A model generated the notes under the pieces. That model saw nothing but the letters and a program-made list of their open reading frames with translations, did not search any database and was not told where the DNA came from. This document shows, piece by piece, positions 55,934-64,000 of a DNA stretch of 64,000 nt. The stretch's first letter is position 1, and each line of letters begins with the position of its first letter. The stretch lies in assembly GCA_002269645.1 (NCBI GenBank), contig NIVC01002013.1:149324-213323 (forward strand), written 5' to 3'. Source of the DNA: Macrostomum lignano. Taxonomy: Eukaryota. A program made the position numbers and the translations under genes.

Positions 55934-58900
55934 GACTGCAGGCTGATTATTGACATGCTTCCCTGCACTGTTGAATTAAATCTACTGCAAAGTGCACGAA
56001 TGATATCCTTTGAATTTTAATTAAGTTTTTCAATGTTTGGTCTTGTTATAATTTTTTGTTTATGAATATATATGTATAACAATTATTATACAATGTTGAA
56101 CTGGTATGTTATAGTAAAGCCCATTTTTGGGATAAATATTTTTTGAGATAAGCAGTTTTTTATTGTTTACTACTATGAGTAGTTGGCTATTTATATTTCT
56201 AACATGCTATATAAAGGTACTTGATTATAATAAGAAAAGTTAACATTAAGGCTAGAAAGTCAATTGTTACTGACAATAAAATGTCAGATTTCAAATAAAA
56301 GCTATATTTCAAATAAAATATAGGTTCTTGACCCTAGATAGTGTCTGAGCTAGTCTAGGGTCCTAGATCAAATAATATTTGCCACTCAATAACTAAGACT
56401 TGAAATACCATTAAAATTATTGATTTGGTAGATAGGAGTAGAACAATAGAAGTGAAAGTAAATAAATATTGCCTATTTGAAAGCTATAATGAGAGGAACT
56501 ATAATTCTTTAAGGTTGGAATACTTAAGCTACCAAGGTTTTTTATGTTAGATTTTATTACAAAGATAATAAGAGCTATAGTTCAGATGAATGTTTTCATT
56601 TTAAATCAAAAAGGATCTTTAAAGTCCTAGGATCAAGAATTCAAGCAATAAGATTTTAATGAGATACAGTTATAATAAAAATAGTTTTAGATAAAAAAGC
56701 CTATGATTATAAGATTGATTATTTGCTCTGAGTCTTATTGACCATAGTAAATTAGGAATTTATTCATCTTTGGTATCTGTTATCACTAGCTTTAATATCA
56801 TTAAAAGTTATAGGAAGATATAGAAAATTTAATAACTATAGATGTAGATATAGTCTTTAGATATTAATATAGATTTCAGTAATAGGAAAAGTTAGATATG
56901 GCTATAGACACATATAAGTAAATTCCAGTTATGAGCTATAGTAAAACTTTGCCTTTCAAATACTAATACAAAATATAATATATAATGCATTTATATATAT
57001 ATATAATAGTAACACCCTGATTTACACTGGCCATACAACTTACTTTTTGACAAAAATTGTGACTTACCTATAAAAAAACCTAAGCGTAAGGTAAGCAAAA
57101 ATTAATATAATTTTGGATGACTAATAAGAAAAGGTCTAACTAGCCTACTATGACTATATTATTAAAGCTTATTGTTTAATCATCTAATAAGTACTACATC
57201 TATACTTTTTGGGTGGGAATTTTTGTAACTTACCTTGGCAAGGGGCTGGGCCCCTTGTCAGCTAGCTAGATTGGCTAGGTTGGCTGGGTATTATGTATGT
57301 ATGATATAGCCTAACCTATATTAAACTAGCTATCATTATCAAAGTCTTTAGATATAAACCCTATATAAAGTATTCTAAGAAAGACTATAAAATAGAATTT
57401 TAAAAAAGGTACCTTATACAAAATAATTGAATTAACATTAACAACTGGCAATTTCAAACAAATGCATGATAAAAACTGTCCAAAGAGTTAGGCCTAATAA
57501 AGTAGCTAGGGCCTAATTTAATTATCATAATACCAAAATGAGTCTAAGGCTGAGTGGTAATAATTTTGTATGCTCTGAGTTTCTATATCTATATAACTAC
57601 AACAAACACTAAAGTCTAAAGACATTGCCTTAGCCTAACTTTTATACCAGTTAATTTAATTAAATAAATATCAAACAAAATGCATAGTTTATACGTTTAA
57701 ACTCAGATAATACTGTTCAATATGCCTAGTCTATCGATAGGACTGCACTGCCATGGTGGCCCACTGCCATTACTCAGTATGTTTAACTAATAGAAAAAAT
57801 TAAAAATAAAATCTGTGGATTTAAATTTTCTCTTCAAAATTTCCACGCCGACGATTTCGTATGTTACGTGGCCCATATTGAGATAAATAGTTAGGTAAAA
57901 ACAAATATTTGGGCTAAGTGCTTAGAAATATGCATTGCCACGCCAATACAGGATTAATTTTTAAAGGAGTGGCTTTCACTCTAGCAGCTTAGTATTGTCT
58001 GTATATCAATATTTTCTTGTAAAGGACTAAATATTTTATTATTTCTTGCGCCATTAGTCATGGCCAACTATATTTACATGTAAATTCCGTGCTTGATCTC
58101 AGTTTTAAAAGCTTTTAAAGCTGCATAAAATAAAAAACGCAACAGTTTTAGTCCCTAGCTCTTATGCATCTTATTTAAATCCCATAAGGAGGAAAACCAA
58201 TGATATATTGCTCGCTTTACGACCAAATTTGCACAAATACAGCGACGACGTTAAAAGACTTGGTACAACTTTTACTTCTTGGTCATTTTTCTCAATATCG
58301 CTGTATTACTGTTTGAGTTATATTTTAATGTCGCTTAAATAAAATTGTAAGCGCTAGTACAATTTTATCTAAACAGCAACCTCGTAGAGTCCACATTAGA
58401 AACTTGTAACAAATGGAACAAATCACTTTCTCAGAGTTCGATTCTTTAAAAAGCCCGGAATCCGCATCATTAAACAAAGCCAACTCTTTTGCTAAAAAGA
58501 TTAACCAGAAATTTAAACGTAGGACATACTTTTTACAAAAAAAACTTAAAAATTAAAAAAAATGCTTGTAATTAGAAACGAAAAGAAAAAAGACGACACT
58601 GGCGATCTGCAAATTTCACACACGCGCAACTTATTAATCATGATAATCCAATATACTAAAATCTATATCTATTTACTATTAAAGAGTTAAAATGTTTTGA
58701 TACTCTGCAGGACCATAGAATGCACTTTTTGTATGGGCAGTCATACCAGTTATGCAAATTTGGATTTTTAATTGTACTGTTATGTATATTTACTTTATGC
58801 CATGTAAATTTGCTGGTTGTTTTTGACTCTTGCTTTAGCCGTGCTGGCTCACCAGTACTTGTTTCTGAAGCTACTGCTGATATGAAATGGCTGAAACTTT

Positions 58901-59991
58901 TATGAGACCATAAACTGATATGTTAAATGTTGTAGTATGGCTGGCTACATTTTAAAAGTTTAACAGTTAGTTTTACTATACCTGCATGATTACCATTTTT
59001 ATTCTTATAAAAGTGTGCAGTTCTGTATTCAAATTTTACATCCTCTTTCATTTATTTTCTCAGTTGTGAAGCTTGAAGTATTGTCCACTGGCTACACTTG
59101 CCACAGTTTTAAAAACAAGTGTGCTATTTTAAGATTTTTATTTCAAAATTAATTTTCATAGTACTTCAGAATATTTAGTTTTACATAGTTTATACCCTTA
59201 ATGGTATATATTGAAACATATGAGCATATTGCATAATTTATATGCTTTGGCATGGTTTGGCAATTTTAAAACTATTAATATTATTGCAATTATTGCAATT
59301 TTTCGATTTTGCAATTTTCATAAAATTGCAAATTGCACAAAATTGCAAAATTCGACTGCTACACTTGCCAGGCTATGTGGCGCTGAAGAGAGTGCCACAC
59401 TTCCTTAAATTAATTAACAATTTTAAAATTAATTAATGAGTTGAGCATTGAGTATTTAGTTTTTTCAATTTTTGTATGCTTTAAAACTATAATTTTTCAA
59501 TAGAGCATATATTCGAAAGCAATTTAATTTTGATAAATTATTTTAAACTGAAATTTTCATGTTTTGATACTTAAAAGCTATAATACTGTATCATAACATT
59601 AATTTGGTTATTGCTTACCATGCTTTTCTAATAAAAATGCTTCTTAGACACCATATAAACTTATTTGATTTTATAAATTTTAAATTTTCGAATATTTTAA
59701 TAACTACTGATAGTTAAATGTTCAATCTTTTCTTACTAAATAAAAATGCACAGGCTCCCTAACTAAGACAGATTGTTTTCGCATGACCTAAATGACAATT
59801 AATACAGTTTTGCAATATTCACTATTATTAATTTCCCTCTATAACAATGGAAATACTCGTTTTTTTAATCTTTTTTCATTGAATATTTACTTAAGCTTAC
59901 TGCATCTGATAACATAATATTATTTAGCCTAAAAGTAATACAAATTATTTAACTCTGTGTAATATTTTACTCGTTTGCTCACACATTTAAG

Positions 59992-62838
59992 GCCCACCAA
60001 AGCAGTCCCAGCAGAGTCATCATAGTCTTGCTGGACACACAGGACATTCCGGACGCCGATCTGCAAGTCCTGGCCAGCGGCTTTACAGAATTTCTCTGTC
60101 TGAGCGCCAACTGCAGCGGCGACTCGCCAGCCGCCATCTGCCTGATCTGCCTGCGCGGCAATCCAGCGCTGCTCTCGCTGTCCTCGAGCTGCAGCCAACT
60201 AGTCGAGCTGTTGAGCGCCTCCTTGCTGAAGGCCATCAACTTTTTCAGTTCGAAAATGGCCAAATCACCGCTGCTGGCGCTGGGGAAGCCTCTGAGATTG
60301 ACGTGGCTTTGGCGATAGCCGAACAGCAGGTCAAGTTAGCGTTGTTACCTCCGTCAGACTCCGCAGAGCTGTGCCTATTGACGCGTCGAAGCGCCACCAT
60401 TCTGAGGCTGCGCCGCAGTTTCAGCTCCAACTGTCCACAGTTTCCTAGTCTGCTGCGGCACTGTCGCAAAATTCGACTGCTACACTTGCCAGGCTATGCG
60501 GCGCCGAAGAGAGTGCCATCAACCACGGCCGAGTCCAGTGAAAATGAGGCAGCGGAGCAAAAGTTTGACCAGCTTGTCGAAGTGGCAACGGTGCGTCGAG
60601 CCGATCCGGAGCTGTTCCTGGCGCTGCGAGCTTGGCTATTACCGCCGTCAGCCACGAGTTCGGTGCGATCTCGAAGTTTATGCACACTTCATTGAGTCAA
60701 AATTAAATGCAGATGAGGCTGTTCCTGCATTATTTCTTAATTAAAAGTCAGACTATGCGTTTGCAGCCGTGGTCCTTGCGGTCTAAGCTACTGGTTTATT
60801 ATAATTATTCTTAGTGGATTTAACAGTAACTGGTTTGATTTGGGTAGAGTGCTGCCACCAGGTACCTGATTTTCTCTAATCCTAGTATTTAGGGATCAAG
60901 GAATAAAGGCAGGAAACTTGTGGTAAAAAACTGAATAAACGTAGAAATGAGCATGCAATAGTTATTACAATTACTTTCCTTAAATTGGTGCAGATTTAGT
61001 TAGGCGTCGACTGCTTTTGTACAGTGTTATGGGCATCGGCATCGACTACCTGTAGCAGTTTTACGTATTCCCCAACTCTACCTATTATTCCCAAGTTAGA
61101 ATTTGGCTTCAAGACTAAAACCAACTTGGAAACCAACAACGGGTTTTTTCCCGGAGCTCAATTTGTTTTTTGTTTTATATGTATGAGCGCTTCAGCCCCT
61201 AAGCCAGGGCTATTACGCTAATATTTATATTTGTTGTTCGATGTTGGTTACCCAGGAGCTCAACTAACTAACTAAATAAGTAAATCCGGCGCCTCAGTCA
61301 TTGAACAGGCTCTTACGCCACTAGAGAGATATAGGTTCCAGGTTGGGAGTGTACTAATGTACACTTAAATCCTAATTAGAACTAAGAGGACTGTACATCG
61401 AGCCGGGCAAGCGGCGCCAGTCAGGCCGAGAGCGGGCCCTACCCCCGACCCTCCGAGCGTACGCCTACCCCAAACCCAATAGGCTTATCTAAACCTCCCC
61501 GGGCTGGCAGAGGTTAAGTGAACCTCGGGGCAGCCCGTGCCTTCTCCTGGGTTAGAAAATGCCAAAAAGTGGTCCGAAGACCTCCCCACGGCCGTGGCCA
61601 CCCGGAGGAGCCTCCCCACCTACCAGACCCCGGGTACTCTTGCCAAGACAGTCCCGAATTCACGATCTAACCCCACCATAATTATTTTCCCTGGCTAGAA
61701 CTACTGATAGTAGCGTAAAAGCATATCTGCCCTACTACACATTGATGCTATTCATTTGTTAATCAAAATTAACAGGAGCGGCCTAGCAACCGTCTAATAT
61801 TCCCTAGTAACGGCTTTGAAAAAGAACGCTTTCTAAATTTCCGCCTATCAGAAGTGGTGCTAAACCCCGGCCTGCTCTCCGAACCAGCTGTGCTGGACGC
61901 GTTCCAGCCCCTGTTCGGTCCGCCCACCAGGCTTAGCCGACTGGTATCCAGCACCACTGAGCTAGACGCTAGCAATGAAGTTCACCTGGAAGCCTGCGGC
62001 TTGGCCAGCCTTACACGTCTATCGCCAGCTCATTTATTTGGCTGGCCGGTACTGCTTCGGCCAGTTGCTGCCGAGAATGAATCCGTTGCCAAATTTTGCA
62101 GTCTCGTAAAGCTGCTGCGTCAGCGAGGTCTCGTTCTTCTTGTTAGGTAAATGTTAGATACTGCTTGTTAGATACTTTAATCGATCCGCACCGATAGAGT
62201 CTAGCAGAAAGTACACCATTGTAGAACCTTTCTGTACATATCAGTTGAGCCAAAATGCGTTTGTTTCATGCTTCATGCTGGCACATCGCGATTTTCAGAC
62301 GCCAACGTCGTCGCCCTGGTAAGCATCAGCAACTGGCAGCGAATGTGGGTACATCAACTGGTGCAACAAACATACAAGGCGACGACGCGACTCCATCCGC
62401 TTCCACTCCAACCGGCCCGGCTGCCTACTTTGCCCTGGGTCCGACGGAGCACCTCGCTGATGCGTTGGTTGCCAGGGCTACGCCTGCGACGACCTTCTGT
62501 TGCCAGTGAACGTAACGGCTGCTGCTGAGTCAGGCGACAATACCGCACCGGATACCGGCTCCTCGGTAGACGACGGGCCCGCTGCTGCCGGGCCTGTTTT
62601 TGCGCCGGGTGATGAAGCCAACGCCAAGGTGTTTGCCGCGCTCAACGCTATTGACAGCTTGGAACAATGGACGCCGCATGATCTGGCCTGCCACTGGGCG
62701 CCAATATCTGGCTGGCAGGGCTGTTGCCGCCGCGGCTCGGGCAGGCAGGGAGAAATAACGTACTTGCTAAACTGGGTTTTTGATATTTTGTTTGCTATTC
62801 CTATCAGCGTTGAAAATAGCGCTTATCAATCTGTTTAA
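59992..62838 (+). CDS. M1AP: Meiosis 1 arrest protein (M1AP) homologue; exons 59992-60662, 61776-62146, 62299-62838; two apparent 1-bp deletions
   Basis: Colinear similarity to human M1AP as recalled: QSSPSRVIIV / QQPPRLLIV; FTEFLCLS / LQNFFSLA; LRAWL / FKAWL; FRLSEVVLNPGLL / CDLQERLLCPSLL; LFGWPVLLRP / TYGLPFILRP; LVARATACDDLLLP / LVKAVATRELMLP. Splice phases match. Confidence 0.75.
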
Positions 62839-63329
62839 CTATTTATTTGTTTGAAATTGAAAAAAAATTCGTTAGGTTTCGTTTGTTATTTTCACGACTA
62901 TCAACCACTCAATATATTTTTTCTTTCAAATCATTCTTGATTTTTTAAATTCTCTAACCGAATTAAATTGTTTGCTCAGAATTCAGTTATTTAAACATTG
63001 GAATATTTGAATTCTATTACTGAAAAGTAGTATTTAGTAAGGATACGTTGAATAAAATTGTCTATAATAATAGTGTACGTCCGTAGTATTAGATTCAAAA
63101 TAAAAACAAGGAACCAGTCACCAACACAAATTTAGACTGTCAGCATTGACAATAGGAGTAAAGTCTTCACCAATGGGAGTAATTTAGGCATTATTGATGC
63201 ATTAAAAAATAGTTCACCGGCCTCCTTTCCACTGAGAGTTACTGTCTTCATTGCTTTGGGCAACTGAAAGACAATACATTTAGGTGTTTGTAAGTATAAT
63301 ATGAATTTCATTAAATTTAAGAAAATTAA

Positions 63330-64000
63330 CAAAAATAATTTCAGACGCAACCGCCCAGCTTACATTCGCAGTCACAGCAACATTGTTGCCTTTGCATCGG
63401 CAGCTGTAGGCGACGCCTCTCGACATGATCTGGTAGTAATCCCAGCCTTTATCCAATTGCCGTGCTTGTCCTTACAGCCAGACGTATTCGAGTCTTCCTC
63501 CGTCGCTTCCGGTTGGCACTGGTGTACTGCGCGACCTTTAGCGCATACACAGATCCAAACTTTGCCGGCGTATAGCACTGTCACGGTGTCCCCGTAGTCA
63601 ATGTACCTCCCACTACGATGATCCTTGCACTTATCCCGATTCACGTAGTCCTCCTCCGTCATGCAGTTGCCATAGTTGTTTGTGCCCTGGCACACGCAAA
63701 TGAAGGTTTTCCCATCGGCTGTTCTCGCCACATTTTGTCCTTGAGATACGTATGTGCCATTGTCGTCCTTACACTTGCCTCTGTTCTTTATGCTCTCCTC
63801 CGTCACGCATCCTCTATACTGATCGGTGCCAATACATTCGCAGAAAATACAGCACTTCTGATCGCACCGTATTCGTACGTTGTCCCCTTACTAATGAATT
63901 CCCCGCTACCACGTCCTTGCACTGGTCCTGATGCAGTAGGATCCTCTGTTACACAATCACTGTAGCCCATTTGGCCTTTGCAGACGCACACGTATACCAA
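63330..64000 (-). CDS. 3' part of a Cys-rich protein made of tandem 4-Cys modules of about 40 aa (FN1-like); several frameshifts (assembly error or pseudogene)
   Basis: Modules CKDDNGTYVSQGQNVARTADGKTFICVCQGTNNYGNC, CKDHRSGRYIDYGDTVTVLYAGKVWICVCAKGRAVHQC and further frameshifted copies. The gene continues beyond the window end. Confidence 0.7.

Noticed and set aside
60160-62490. Programmed ribosomal frameshifting in M1AP
   Set aside because: No slippery heptamer at either site, and neighbouring genes show similar indels.

Overview
Eukaryotic genomic DNA from an animal. The GC-rich spliceosomal exons, AT-rich spacers and near-universal intronic mini/microsatellites suggest a free-living flatworm such as Macrostomum; that species call is inference. 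Most long ORFs in the supplied track are translations of tandem repeats, not genes. Genes rebuilt by hand from splice phases: a terminal exon of an unknown gene (367-539, +); a single-pass membrane protein (1744-2544, -); HtrA2 protease (13557-17048, +); MESD chaperone (18849-19409, +, no ATG of its own); a 5-exon CXorf65/C22orf15-like gene (20330-27945, -); a Cys-rich secreted prepropeptide (31433-32333, +); a ZNRF3/RNF43-type PA-TM-RING ligase (38963-44796, +); a 6-exon orphan with Pro/Thr/Ser repeats (48937-55933, -); an M1AP homologue with two frameshifts (59992-62838, +); and a frameshifted protein of tandem fibronectin-type-I-like modules (about 63330-64000, -). Mobile DNA: a complete 1.9-kb Crypton-type tyrosine-recombinase element (21459-23374) inside an intronic minisatellite, a second decayed Crypton recombinase, mariner and Tc1 remnants, nested MITEs with 8-bp target duplications and a tRNA-derived SINE. 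Best leads: (1) the Crypton end architecture, with a TA duplication, an internal inverted copy of its own circle junction and a lox/dif-like 13-6-13 site; (2) genes that seem to need the flatworm spliced-leader AUG as start codon, including a possible HtrA2-MESD operon; (3) a candidate new CC/CC neuropeptide or toxin precursor; (4) FN1-like modules in an apparent non-chordate. No CRISPR array, rRNA or intact tRNA gene was found.
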